Under the pieces are notes generated by a model. It ran no database searches and was not told the origin of the DNA. It saw only the letters and a program-made list of their open reading frames with translations. Both the position numbers and the translations under genes were made by a program. Below, piece after piece: positions 49,863-59,516 of a stretch of 64,000 bases of DNA (the stretch's first letter is position 1; each line of letters starts with the position of its first letter). Origin of the DNA: Thermoanaerobaculia bacterium (lineage in GTDB: Bacteria > Acidobacteriota > Thermoanaerobaculia > UBA5066); NCBI GenBank assembly GCA_963816185.1, contig CAWFJJ010000029.1, positions 384,001-448,000 of the forward strand, given 5' to 3'.

Positions 49863-50470
49863 GTGAGGTTCGTCGTCGGCGTCGACCTCGGCCAGACGGC
49901 GGACTACACGGCCATCACGATCCTCGAGGAGAGGGAGAAGAACTCCTACGACGTCCGGTACCTCGAGCGTCTTAGAAACACGCCGTACCCGCTCGATCGT
50001 CAGGCGGCTCGACCACCTCGTGAAGAGGCTTCCCGAGAAGCCCTCGATGGCCGTGGACGCGACCGGTGTCGGCAGGCCCGTCATCGACATGATCCGGGAC
50101 GCGAATCTCCCCGCGACCATCTACCCGATCACGCTGACCGGCGGGGATGCCGTCAGTCAGGGACGGGATGGAGCGGCACGTGCCGAAGAGGGACGTGGCG
50201 TCGACGATCGCCGTGCTCCTCCAGACCGGACGGCTCCGGATCGCCCGAGGCCTCAAGGAGTCCGAGACCCTTCTCCGCGAGCTCCTGAACTTCCGCGTGA
50301 AGATTTCCCTCTCCGGCCACGACACCTACGAGGCCTGGAGGGAGCAGGAGCACGACGACCTCGTCCTTGCGGTCGGGCTCGCTGCGTGGCTCTTCGAGAA
50401 GGGACGGGACGGGTACCTCCTGTACATGGAGGAAGAGCTCAAGAGGTTCAGGGAAAAGAGGGCGGGTTGA
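49863..50470 (+). pseudogene. Stand-alone terminase RNase H-like nuclease domain, copy 1 (frameshifted)
   Basis: GVDLGQTADYTAI, VDATGVGRPVID, VPKRD, HDDLVLAVGLA. Confidence 0.75.
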
Positions 50471-51170
50471 GCTTCGTCATCGGCGTCGAGCTCGGCCAGG
50501 TCTCGGACGTGACGGCGATCGCCGTCGTGGAGTCCCTGACGCTGCCGTTTCTCAGGAGCGAGGAGATCCGCGAGAGAACGCTGGGTGAGCGTGCGGCCCG
50601 TCTACCAGGGCCCCGGACGGGACCGAGACGCGCGAGCACCCTCCCGTGAACTTCGCCCTCCGGCATCTCGAGAGGATCCCGGCGGGCGTGTCGTACCCGG
50701 AGATCGTGAGCCGGGTCGAGGCCCTTCACCGGCAGCTCAGAAAGCCAGTCGACCGTCCTCGACGGCACGGGCGTCGGGAAGGCGGCCGTCGAGCTGTTTC
50801 GACAGTCGGGCTTCTACGTCGTCCGTCTTCACGCTGATCGCAGGGGACCAGATGATGCAGGACGGCAGCAACTACCGGATCCCGAAGAGGGACGTGATCT
50901 CGTCGACGCAGGTTCTGCTCCAGACAGGGCCGCCTCAAGATCGCCCGATCGCTGCCGCACGCGGCTCTACTGGCCCGCGAACTCGTCAACTTCCGCTTCA
51001 AAGTGGGTCAGGACCGGTCCGAAGACGTCCTCGACTGGCGCGAGGGGCCGGACGACGATCTCGTCCTGGCGCTCGCGATCGCGGCGTGGGAGGCAGAGCG
51101 AGACCCGGATCTGGCGTCGTCGTTCGGATATGGCGTTTCGGAGACGGCGGGGTGGCGCGGGATCTTCTAG
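50467..51170 (+). pseudogene. Stand-alone terminase nuclease-like domain, copy 2 (frameshifted)
   Basis: GVELGQVSDVTAI, LDGTGVGK, IPKRD, WREGPDDDLVLALAIA. Confidence 0.72.
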
Positions 51171-51305
51171 TGAGAGAGTCGAGCCACCATCTTCTCGTCG
51201 AGCTGATTACGACGGGCAGATTCAAGAGCCGGTACTGCTACCCGCAGATGGCGGCGATGACGAAGCGGATTCGCGAAATTGTGAATCGTACGGCCGGCGG
51301 CGACA

Positions 51306-52265
51306 TCAAGTATAGATCGGCCCGAGTTGAATGTGGCGGATGCGGAAACTCTTGCCGCTTGGGATCGGTTCCAGCGCGAAGACGAGTCGTTTGAGAGGGC
51401 CGTCGGTAAGCGAAAGCCATCGGAGGATCAGGCTGGCCTTCTCTGAGAGGTCTGGCGCGGGCAGGTGTATGTGTGAGACATCGGGCGCGCGGGCCAAGAA
51501 GTCCGCAATTCCGCCGGCGGCGAGGTCCGCCGGTGCGACGAGGTCCTCGGCGCGGAGCTGGTCGGACTCGGTTGAGATCGGCTTTACCTCGACCGTTGCG
51601 AGTCTCCGTTTGTAGAACGCGTCGCACGTCTGACCGAGGAAGAGGAGAAAGTCTTCCACGTGTTGCTCGTTCGACAGCGTCTCGTCGTTGTCGGACACCC
51701 AGTGCAAGTGGTCGAGGATCGGGGCGAGCCCAGCCAGGAAGAACGTCACGATGCTGGTGAGGCGCGCAACGCGCTCGAATGACGTCGCGCTCCAGTACTG
51801 GTAATTGTCGTAGCGCGGCGACGAACTCAGAAGCTTCTTGTCATAGGTGAAGAGGCTATTGATCGCAGTGTTGACTCCTACGGTCACGAGCACGCCCTCT
51901 AGCGCATCTGCCGCCCGGAGGAAGTCCGACAGCGAGCGGAGACGGACGGCATCGGAGAGCCTTTTGTAGGAATACGTACGTCCATGGTCATGGCGGCGTC
52001 GATGCTCGGCGCGAAGCCGCTGCCAAGCAGGGAGGGAGTCGGCGGAGGCGAGGAGGAACGAATACGTTTCGTACGGCGATCCCCGATGCTGACCGCTGTA
52101 GTCGGATGCCACGAAGAGGCGGCTGCACGTCGAGAGACTGGGGAGGATGGGAGGATCGATGGCATCCATGCGCCCCATGACGACATCAAATGAGTTCCAG
52201 AACATGAAGCCAGGCGGAAGGTGACGCCAGTTTCTGGAACCGAGAATCGGGATGCCCGCAAACAT
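51306..52265 (-). CDS. DUF3800-like (RNase H-fold) hypothetical protein
   Basis: FVASDYSG, SYKRL.D, WVSDND, EDL.APADLAAG acidic motif pattern. Start uncertain. Confidence 0.55.
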   Translation of the reverse strand: MFAGIPILGSRNWRHLPPGFMFWNSFDVVMGRMDAIDPPILPSLSTCSRLFVASDYSGQHRGSPYETYSFLLASADSLPAWQRLRAEHRRRHDHGRTYSYKRLSDAVRLRSLSDFLRAADALEGVLVTVGVNTAINSLFTYDKKLLSSSPRYDNYQYWSATSFERVARLTSIVTFFLAGLAPILDHLHWVSDNDETLSNEQHVEDFLLFLGQTCDAFYKRRLATVEVKPISTESDQLRAEDLVAPADLAAGGIADFLARAPDVSHIHLPAPDLSEKASLILRWLSLTDGPLKRLVFALEPIPSGKSFRIRHIQLGPIYT

Positions 52266-52377
52266 TTCTGGATGGTACCGCGGCCCGACTCACATCCAAC
52301 AAGAGGGTTCACTGACGTTCTTGCAGGAGCACATGGGCCCCCAATGCTGTGTTCTCCGAGCGCCCTAGTCTTCATGG

Positions 52378-53202
52378 TCACGCTCTCGTGGCCCTATCGA
52401 GCTTCCGATGACTCAGGGACGCCAGGGTCAGGATGTCGAGGGCGTCCTGCTCGCTCATCGGCCACTCGATCTTCGGGTTGTGCGCAGTCGGATTGCGAAT
52501 CGTCCCGAAGAGTCCGACGAGGAGATTCATGAAGCCGCGCTGTTCGCCTCGATCGGTGTCTGTAGCAAGGGCGTTGATCGCGAGGATGGGGCTCCCAGGC
52601 GTCCCGAGTGGAGTCTTCCCAAGCGCGAACGCCTGTGTGATGAGCTCCGCGCCGTCACTAACGAGGCCGGACTTCTGACGAACCTTCGCTGCAATGCTCT
52701 TCATCGCCTCGAAGACGGCATGAAAGTAGTTCTCCTGGAGGAGTTCGGCCCTGCAGTAGAGAAGGACGTCGGGGTGAACGCCTCGGGCTTCGAGCGACGC
52801 CCGCAGTCGATTTGCACGAGCTAGGGCGTCGGTGAGATTCGAGGCAGCGCTGACCCGGCGAAGCTGCCCGTCGTCTCCGAGTTCCATGCCGCGGAATGCG
52901 AGGATGGCGTTGAGCTTCTCACGCTGCACGGCGAAGAGGTCGGGCGATGCTATGAAGCGGACTGGCTTCATGGCTCTGGTCAGGACCATGATCGCGTGAT
53001 TCCCCATACCCTTCTGGTTCTGCATCTCGACGAGTGCGTTGAAGAGCCGCTTCCACTTCGTCATCTCGGGAGTTACGTCCGGGATCTTGCATTCGGCGAG
53101 GATGCGTAGGATTTCTCCGCCCGTGAGCCCATCCGTCGTGTCGGCAATGACCCGACAGAGCGACTCCAGGTGTGCGCTGTCGAAGGGAGGGATGTGATCC
53201 AT
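52378..53202 (-). CDS. TIGR02391 (Ymh-type HEPN) protein with AbiJ-type N-terminal domain
   Basis: DT..GLTG.EI..TKWKRLFNA; VHPDVL.YCRAELLQENYFHAVFEA.K..EQRGF..RNPTAH (RxxxxH). SD GAGGAG. Confidence 0.85.
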   Translation of the reverse strand: MDHIPPFDSAHLESLCRVIADTTDGLTGGEILRILAECKIPDVTPEMTKWKRLFNALVEMQNQKGMGNHAIMVLTRAMKPVRFIASPDLFAVQREKLNAILAFRGMELGDDGQLRRVSAASNLTDALARANRLRASLEARGVHPDVLLYCRAELLQENYFHAVFEAMKSIAAKVRQKSGLVSDGAELITQAFALGKTPLGTPGSPILAINALATDTDRGEQRGFMNLLVGLFGTIRNPTAHNPKIEWPMSEQDALDILTLASLSHRKLDRATRA

Positions 53203-53301
53203 CGTCGGAACCGAACTCCTCTGAGCTCGATGCTACCGGAGAGAGTGCTGTCGACCGCTGGGCTGCCGAAGAGAGGCGTGGCGTCAACGATCGGTGTCTC
53301 C

Positions 53302-53527
53302 TGCCCGTTCCCTTCCGCACGCGGTTCTTTGGCCCCACGAACTCGTAAAGTTCCGCTTCAAAGTGGGTCATGAACGGTCTGGAAGACGCCCTCGACTGGC
53401 GCGAAGGGCCCGACGACGACCTCGTTCTAGCGCTCGCGATCTCGGCGTGGGAGGCCGAGCGGAACCGGGCCTCGGCTTCTCGTGCGGGTACGGCGTGTCG
53501 GAGCTTCAGGGCTGGAAGGGCTTCTAG
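53302..53527 (+). pseudogene. Orphan 3' fragment of a third terminase nuclease-like gene (direct repeat of 50943-51170)
   Basis: Shared TTCCGCTTCAAAGTGGGTCA, CCTCGACTGGCGCGA, GCGCTCGCGATC and CTTCTAG end; many third-codon-position differences. Confidence 0.8.
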
Positions 53528-53597
53528 CATTGGTCGAAACGCGTGTTGACGGGGAGGCCGCACGGAAGTCCGCGTCTCCCACAGAGCCGCCTAACGC

Positions 53598-53826
53598 CGC
53601 GCGACGTTGGCCCACGTCGGGCGCTCGGAGGAGGGCTGAGTAGATAACCCTGGGTTAGAAACGGCGCGCCACGAATCGCACGTGCGCGTCGGGCGACGTG
53701 ACTGCGCCTGCGACGTATTAAGTGCACTCCCTTAATCAGTTCCGAGATCGTTTAGACGCGCCGCGAGTAATGATTCCCGTGCGTCAGTCCGTCGAAACTG
53801 ACCCCCCAGAGGTGGGTTATTAACTG
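53598..53826 (-). repeat. Right end repeat, inverted relative to 40671-40902
   Basis: 21/22, 16/17, 9/9 and 28/29 nt block matches with conserved spacing. Confidence 0.8.
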
Positions 53827-54152
53827 ATCATGGTGACTCTCGCGGACCACTCGATTGAGGTCGGAATTCCGACTTGCGCCCGATCCCATAATCTGGCTCG
53901 AGATCCGGCCTCCGCGATCGGCTCCTAACCGTTTGAGGGTGGCGTCGATGCGGCCCGACGTATATCCCGTCAGTCTGACTAAATGACACGTTATCGGACC
54001 GTGTGTAGAGAACGGGGCGCAAGTGGCGAAGTGACCACTCAAGGTCAGGTTGACCCGGCGTCCGTGGCGGCCTTCGCCTAGACCTTGCCGAACCTCGCGG
54101 TGCAGGTGTCCGTGTTGCTGAACGGTAGGCTGGCGTCTGCTCGTGGGTCAGA

Positions 54153-54415
54153 TCACCCTGGCTCGTCCATCGCCCCGGAAATCAAGGCAAGTGCCGCCCT
54201 CACGAGTCCATTCACGGGGCCGTTCTTGCCGAGCAATTGGCCGTTGACGTAGCCGCCGTCGATGAGAAGCACGAGCTGATCCGCCAGCAATGTGGATTGG
54301 CGCGCACCCATTCGCTTCGTCAGGTCGCCCAGACGTCGACGCAATTCGGCCTTGTGCGCGAGAGCGGCGGCGCGTGCCGGGTGGTCGGCGGCGGGGAATT
54401 CGGTCGCCAGGATGC
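54153..54415 (-). pseudogene. TetR-family regulator C-terminal remnant
   Basis: ATEFPAADHPAR..AHK..LADQLVLLIDG; no HTH or start codon. Confidence 0.7.
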
Positions 54416-54524
54416 GTCACGCTCATTTCGGCTTCAGCCTCTTGCGGGCGCGGTAGCGGGCGGCCCGAATTGCCTCTGGCGTCTTCCCGGTTCGGCGGGC
54501 CTTCTGCACGGCTGTTTCGTCCTT

Positions 54525-54754
54525 CGCCCGCGGGCACTCCGAACCGCCGAGCTCTGGTCATCGCGGGCGACGACCCGTCCGCAAAGGCCATGGTCACCGA
54601 GATGCTCGGCGCGTTTGGCTTCGATACGGTCGACGCGGGGCCGCTGAAGGAGGGCTGGCGCATTCAGCGTGACACGCCGGGCTACGGACCACGACACAAC
54701 GCCTCGGAGTTGAGGAGGGACCTCGTGGCCGCGAAGCGGTATCGGGACATGTGA
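54525..54754 (+). pseudogene. NADPH-dependent F420 reductase-family C-terminal remnant
   Basis: RRALVIAGDD..AK..GFDTVDAGPL.EGWRIQRDTPGY; Rossmann N-terminus absent. Confidence 0.75.
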
Positions 54755-54898
54755 CGCGATCGTCCAGCGCTCGGGCCGCGACCCGATCGGAAGGTCTCTC
54801 CACTCGCACCACAGCCCCCGGCAATTCCCATCGCGCCCCTCCAGGATTCTTTGTAAGGATCATAGACTTACGCGCCTCGGGATCCGTAAACTGTCTTC

Positions 54899-56137
54899 GT
54901 GGAGACCGAAGAGCTAAATCGGCTGATCCGCTCCCTCAACGAGGACCGGTGGAAGGACGACGCGCCGGGCGAGGAGCGGATCGAGCTCGTTGGCGGCGAC
55001 AACGCCCCGTCCGCCCCCGAGCCGGCCTTCCCCTCGCCAGAAACGGCCGCGGACCTCGACGTGGCGCCGCGTCTAGCCGCGCTCCTTTCGGAGACCCTCC
55101 GGCGCGGCGGGACCGACCTCCTCCTCGTGCCCGGCGCTGCTCCTACGATCCGCATCCACGGCCTCCTGGAGGCCGCGACGGCGGACCGGGAGCCTCTAGT
55201 GAGCGCGACGGCATGGGAACTCCTGGTCGGAGCGCTCTCTCCTGAACGGCGCCGCCATCTCGCGGAGAGCGGATCGGTCGATTTCTCGCTGCGCCTCGCG
55301 GGCTTGGGCCGGTTCCGCGTCAACCTCCATCGCACGAGGAGCGGCGCGGCTGCAGCGCTGCGGGCGCTGCCGCGCCGCATCCCATCGCTCGCCGAGCTCG
55401 GCTTGCCGGTGTCGCTCTACGATCTGACAAAACCCTCGCGCGGCCTCATCCTCATGACCGGAACAACCGGCTCCGGCAAGACTACGACGTTGGCGGCGCT
55501 CGTCGACCACGTAAACCGCACCGAGCGCCGCCATGTCGTCACGATCGAGGATCCGATCGAGTACGAGCATGCCCATGCCCGGTCGGTCGTGGAACAGGTG
55601 GAGGTGGGCGTGGACGCTCCCAGCTTCGCGACGGCTCTCGTGGCGGCCCTGCGCCAGGATCCCGACGTGATTCTCGTCGGCGAGATGCGCGATCTCGAAA
55701 CCACGCGCACGGCCCTCACCGCCGCCGAGACGGGCCACCTCGTCCTCGCGACGCTCCATACGAACGACGTGCCCCAGACGATTCACCGCATCGTCGACCT
55801 CTTCCCTTCCGAGCAGCAGGCTCAGGTGCGCCACCAGCTCTCGCTTGCCCTTGCCGCCGTTGTCTGCCAGCAACTCGTGCCGCGCAAGGACGGCTCGGGG
55901 CGCGCCGCCGCCGCTGAGGTACTCTTGGCGACGGACGCCGTCCGAGCGTTGCTTCGGAAGGGCGCGCTGCATCAGCTCCATAACGAAATGACCCTCGGGC
56001 GAAGACTCGGGATGATGACGGCCGAAGACTCGCTTGCCGGGCTCGTCAGGTCCGGGGCGATCTCGGAGGAGGACGCGCGCCTGAGGGCCTCGCACCCCGA
56101 GGACCTCGCCTCGCTCTTGCGCTCCGAGGGACGGTAG
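54899..56137 (+). CDS. pilT: PilT/PilU-family ATPase
   Basis: GRFRVN, GTTGSGKTTT, TIEDPIEY, ALRQDPDVILVGEMRD, AETGHLVLATLH. Confidence 0.92.
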   Translation: METEELNRLIRSLNEDRWKDDAPGEERIELVGGDNAPSAPEPAFPSPETAADLDVAPRLAALLSETLRRGGTDLLLVPGAAPTIRIHGLLEAATADREPLVSATAWELLVGALSPERRRHLAESGSVDFSLRLAGLGRFRVNLHRTRSGAAAALRALPRRIPSLAELGLPVSLYDLTKPSRGLILMTGTTGSGKTTTLAALVDHVNRTERRHVVTIEDPIEYEHAHARSVVEQVEVGVDAPSFATALVAALRQDPDVILVGEMRDLETTRTALTAAETGHLVLATLHTNDVPQTIHRIVDLFPSEQQAQVRHQLSLALAAVVCQQLVPRKDGSGRAAAAEVLLATDAVRALLRKGALHQLHNEMTLGRRLGMMTAEDSLAGLVRSGAISEEDARLRASHPEDLASLLRSEGR

Positions 56138-56179
56138 AGCCGCTGGTTCCTGATGGCGCGCGAATGTAAACTAACGTCG

Positions 56180-56824
56180 ATGGTCGTCACCCGCATGAAA
56201 CAGGCCGCCGGGTCCACAGAACTCCACTATGCCGTTCGCGCCCTTTTCCTCCTTGCTATCGCAGCGACATGCGTGTCATGTCGCCGGCCCAATCCGACCC
56301 AACAGGTTATCGAGGGCTGGCATACGCAGGCCCCCAGCGACAACGGGTTCGCCGTTCGCTTGGATGACGCTACGCATAATGGGCGTCGGATTGTCGTTCT
56401 CACGAATGAAAGAAGTGACGCAACGGGGATTGGTACGATCGTTCGAAGGATACCTGCCGCACCTTATCGCGGCCGCCGCCTTCGGTTTTCCGCTCTCCTA
56501 CGCACTAAGGACGTGATCCGGGGCGCAGCCCTCTGGATGCGGATTGACGGACCCGATCGGCCAGTCGCGTTCGACAACATGCAAGACCGGCGTGTCCTGG
56601 GAACTGTCGATTGGACTCAATACAACATCGTCCTCGACGTGCCACCAAACGCGCAGGAGATCGCATACGGCGTCCTTCAAGTAGGCTGTGGTTCAACGTG
56701 GATCGACGGCGCAGCCGTCACCCCTGTTGGAAACGACTTCGCCCCCACGAATAAGCTCACGGCGGCTCAGCTAGCAAAGCTTCCCCCGCCTTCCGGCAAG
56801 GAATGCGACTGTGACAAGAAGTGA
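56180..56824 (+). CDS. Putative lipoprotein with jelly-roll/CBM-like domain
   Basis: Hydrophobic stretch ending VSC; YRGRRLRFSA..LWMRIDG..FDNMQDR..DW..Y.IVLDVP. Start uncertain. Confidence 0.7.
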   Translation: MVVTRMKQAAGSTELHYAVRALFLLAIAATCVSCRRPNPTQQVIEGWHTQAPSDNGFAVRLDDATHNGRRIVVLTNERSDATGIGTIVRRIPAAPYRGRRLRFSALLRTKDVIRGAALWMRIDGPDRPVAFDNMQDRRVLGTVDWTQYNIVLDVPPNAQEIAYGVLQVGCGSTWIDGAAVTPVGNDFAPTNKLTAAQLAKLPPPSGKECDCDKK

Positions 56825-57329
56825 TCTTCCGTCGACCAAGTCGACACAAGACGACGGGTCACGGATCTTCCGAAGCAGAGAGACTCAACCTACTCAGGAT
56901 ACTCCGCCCGATCTCGCTTTACCGAACGTGTCACCACTCTCCACGAGCATGATCGCCGTTACTGTGATTCTCCTCGGTCTCGTCTTCGTGGTCCTTCCAC
57001 TCCCTCGCCATGTCGAACTTTCTGCGCGCGTAGTGCACGCCAACGTCACCACCAATACCTGCGAGGTAGAAGCTTCGCTCCTCCGGATGATCGATCTCGA
57101 CTTAACGCCGCCGTTCTTCGCGCACGTTCGAGGAGCCGACGGGTCACCCGGCCACGACGCGACGGTCGTTAGCGTCACCCGCCATGCCGCCACCGGGAGA
57201 GCCGTCTCGTTCGTCATCTCTCAGTCGCGGTGTACGGCGCCACCACCAGTCGGATCGGAATTCCGCATTCGGTTCACTGACAAACCCGCTCCGGCGCTTA
57301 GAGATCCCAGCGGGCACCGGCCGGAATGA
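56811..57329 (+). CDS. Single-TM hypothetical protein
   Basis: One TM; overlaps both neighbours, including ATGA with the ABC exporter. Confidence 0.5.
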   Translation: MTRSDLPSTKSTQDDGSRIFRSRETQPTQDTPPDLALPNVSPLSTSMIAVTVILLGLVFVVLPLPRHVELSARVVHANVTTNTCEVEASLLRMIDLDLTPPFFAHVRGADGSPGHDATVVSVTRHAATGRAVSFVISQSRCTAPPPVGSEFRIRFTDKPAPALRDPSGHRPE

Positions 57330-59512
57330 GCCTCCCCTGGCGGCTGACCATCGGCCGCAAGCACGTTCCCGTAGTCCAGGGATCGACCGAAAACGACTGC
57401 GGAGCTGCATGCCTTGCAATGATTCTCGCTCACTATGGGCGCTGGATCGGCCTCTCTGAACTGCGTGACGCCTGCGGTGCGGGCAGGGACGGCACCGATG
57501 CGCAGCGGCTCCTTCAGGTTGCGCGCCAACAGGGCCTAGCAACGAGTTATGACACTCGGCTAGAGCCTAGCGACCTTTCTACTCGCAACGGTCCAGCCAT
57601 TCTCCATTGGGACTACAATCATTTCGTTGTCCTCGAGGAAATCAGACAAGGGCGCGTATCGATCGTCGATCCCGCGAGAGGTCGTAGAAGTATCACGATC
57701 CGCGACTTGGACGCACACATCACAGGGGTGGCGCTGTTCTTTCGTCCATCGCCCACTTTTCAACGACGCCGCCGGCCTCGGCGCGTTCTATTGCCATACA
57801 TTGCGCGTCTCCGGCAATATCGTCCCATTCTGCTCTCGTTGCTGGTTCTCGGAATACTGGGACAGCTCACGGCCATCGGTATAGCAAAGGCCACCCAAGT
57901 CGTAATCGACGAGTCTTTGGCACGGTCTGATCGGCGGCTACTGCACGTCCTCTTTGCCGGCCTTTCGGCCACTGCACTACTCCAAGGTTGGATGGCGGTC
58001 GTTAGGTGGAGACTTTTAGCCGTGTTTCGCACACGTCTGGATTGCGATCTCACCCTTGAATTCTTTCGGCACCTCCTGGCCTTGCCGTTTAGCTTCTTCG
58101 AGCAGCACCCCATCGGCGACCTTGTGATGCGCCTGAGCAGTAACTACGCGGTTCGCGATCTCCTTTCCGAACGGATTCTAGGGGTGCTCCTAGAGGGCTT
58201 CATGGTGGTCGTCTTAGCCGCCGCGATGTTTGTTGTTAACCCGTGGTTAGGTCTTTTGACCGTTGGCACTGGCGTCCTGCGACTTGCGGCGCTTGGCGCA
58301 ATTCGGCGCCGCCAGCGTGACCTCATGCAGCAGAGTCTTGAGGCGCAATCGAGAACGCAGTCGTGCGCTGTTGAGACGCTTCATGGTATTCTGGGCATCA
58401 AGGCAGAAGGTACTGAGGAACGGGCGTTCCAGCGATGGAACGTTCGCTTTCTGGAGCAACTGCGGATAACGGTAGCCCTAGGCCGCGTACAAGTATCCGC
58501 AGACGCGGTTCTCGCCGCGTTGGCCGTGGCGGGCCCAGCCGTTCTGCTTCTCTCTAGTGCCTTGCTAGTTATGGCCGAGCAGCTATCATTGGGTGGTTTG
58601 GTGGGCTTTGCTGCGTTGGCGGCGGCGTTTTCTTCCCCTCTGCAGTCGCTCGGCGGTACGTGGTCGGCCTGGGAGATGGCGGGAACCCATGTTGAGCGGC
58701 TGGCCGAGGTGCTGGAGACCGAGCGCGAAGGAACCGGGGAGCAAAGTCCTCGTATCGTGCGAGGCGGTATCACCTTCGAAGAGGTCTCTTTTCGGTACGG
58801 GCCGCGCGCACCACTAGTTCTCAATGCGTTATCCTTCAGGATAGAAGCTGGCGGCTATGTGGCGGTGGTGGGTCCATCAGGGTCCGGCAAGTCCACCCTT
58901 GGTAAAATGCTACTGGCACTCTACCTCCCTGAGGTCGGGCGGGTCCTCGTCGACGACACTGACCTCCGCGAACTGAATCTCAAGGATTTCCGCATGCAGG
59001 TCGGCTCAGTAATGCAGGAAGCAGTATTGGCCAGCGGCCCGGTTCGCGAATACATCGCCAGCGGCCGACCAGTATCCGACGAGGACCTTTGCTGGGCGGC
59101 CCAGATGGCCGAGATCCATGAGGATATTCTCGCCATGCCGCTCGGCTACCACACAATGATCGCGGAAAATGGCGCGAACTTTTCGGGTGGCCAACGACAG
59201 CGCCTTGCCATTGCACGAGCCGTCCTCAGGCGCCCGGCGATCCTCCTCTTTGACGAAGCAACAAGTGCCCTGGACGCAAATACTGAGGAGCGAGTCTTTA
59301 ACAACCTGTACCATCTAGGCTGTACGCGACTCCTGATGTCACACAGGTACTCGACCATCAGCCGCGCCTCTCACGTCCTCGTCCTCAATAAAGGGGTCCT
59401 CGAAGAAGCCGGGCCACCCCTCGACCTTTTGCGGCGGGGTGGATTGTACGCCCAGCTCTTTCACTCCGCCGCGCAAGGATCGAGCTTGCCCGCAGAGCGT
59501 GTCCAGAAGTGA
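57326..59512 (+). CDS. lanT: C39 peptidase-containing ABC exporter (LanT/PCAT)
   Basis: Q....DCGAACLAM, HW..NHFVV..DPA.G, TMD, GPSGSGKST, FSGGQRQR, DEATSALD. Confidence 0.92.
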   Translation: MSLPWRLTIGRKHVPVVQGSTENDCGAACLAMILAHYGRWIGLSELRDACGAGRDGTDAQRLLQVARQQGLATSYDTRLEPSDLSTRNGPAILHWDYNHFVVLEEIRQGRVSIVDPARGRRSITIRDLDAHITGVALFFRPSPTFQRRRRPRRVLLPYIARLRQYRPILLSLLVLGILGQLTAIGIAKATQVVIDESLARSDRRLLHVLFAGLSATALLQGWMAVVRWRLLAVFRTRLDCDLTLEFFRHLLALPFSFFEQHPIGDLVMRLSSNYAVRDLLSERILGVLLEGFMVVVLAAAMFVVNPWLGLLTVGTGVLRLAALGAIRRRQRDLMQQSLEAQSRTQSCAVETLHGILGIKAEGTEERAFQRWNVRFLEQLRITVALGRVQVSADAVLAALAVAGPAVLLLSSALLVMAEQLSLGGLVGFAALAAAFSSPLQSLGGTWSAWEMAGTHVERLAEVLETEREGTGEQSPRIVRGGITFEEVSFRYGPRAPLVLNALSFRIEAGGYVAVVGPSGSGKSTLGKMLLALYLPEVGRVLVDDTDLRELNLKDFRMQVGSVMQEAVLASGPVREYIASGRPVSDEDLCWAAQMAEIHEDILAMPLGYHTMIAENGANFSGGQRQRLAIARAVLRRPAILLFDEATSALDANTEERVFNNLYHLGCTRLLMSHRYSTISRASHVLVLNKGVLEEAGPPLDLLRRGGLYAQLFHSAAQGSSLPAERVQK

Positions 59513-59516
59513 TCGG

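Larger units (their letters stand above)
40671..53826. mobile_element. Integrated serine-recombinase/terminase element (satellite- or prophage-remnant-like) with defence-like cargo
   Basis: Next to tRNA-Asn; inverted ~230-bp ends; DUF2924-LSR, ParB-MTase and terminase genes; some cargo is lower in GC. Confidence 0.8.

Noticed and set aside
50943-53527. Repeat pair as DGR template/variable repeat
   Set aside because: Differences are not adenine-specific, many are at third codon positions, and no reverse transcriptase is present.
53588-53660. GCCTAAC...GTTAGAA as an integron attC site
   Set aside because: No complementary L boxes, no array and no integron integrase; better explained as part of the right end repeat.
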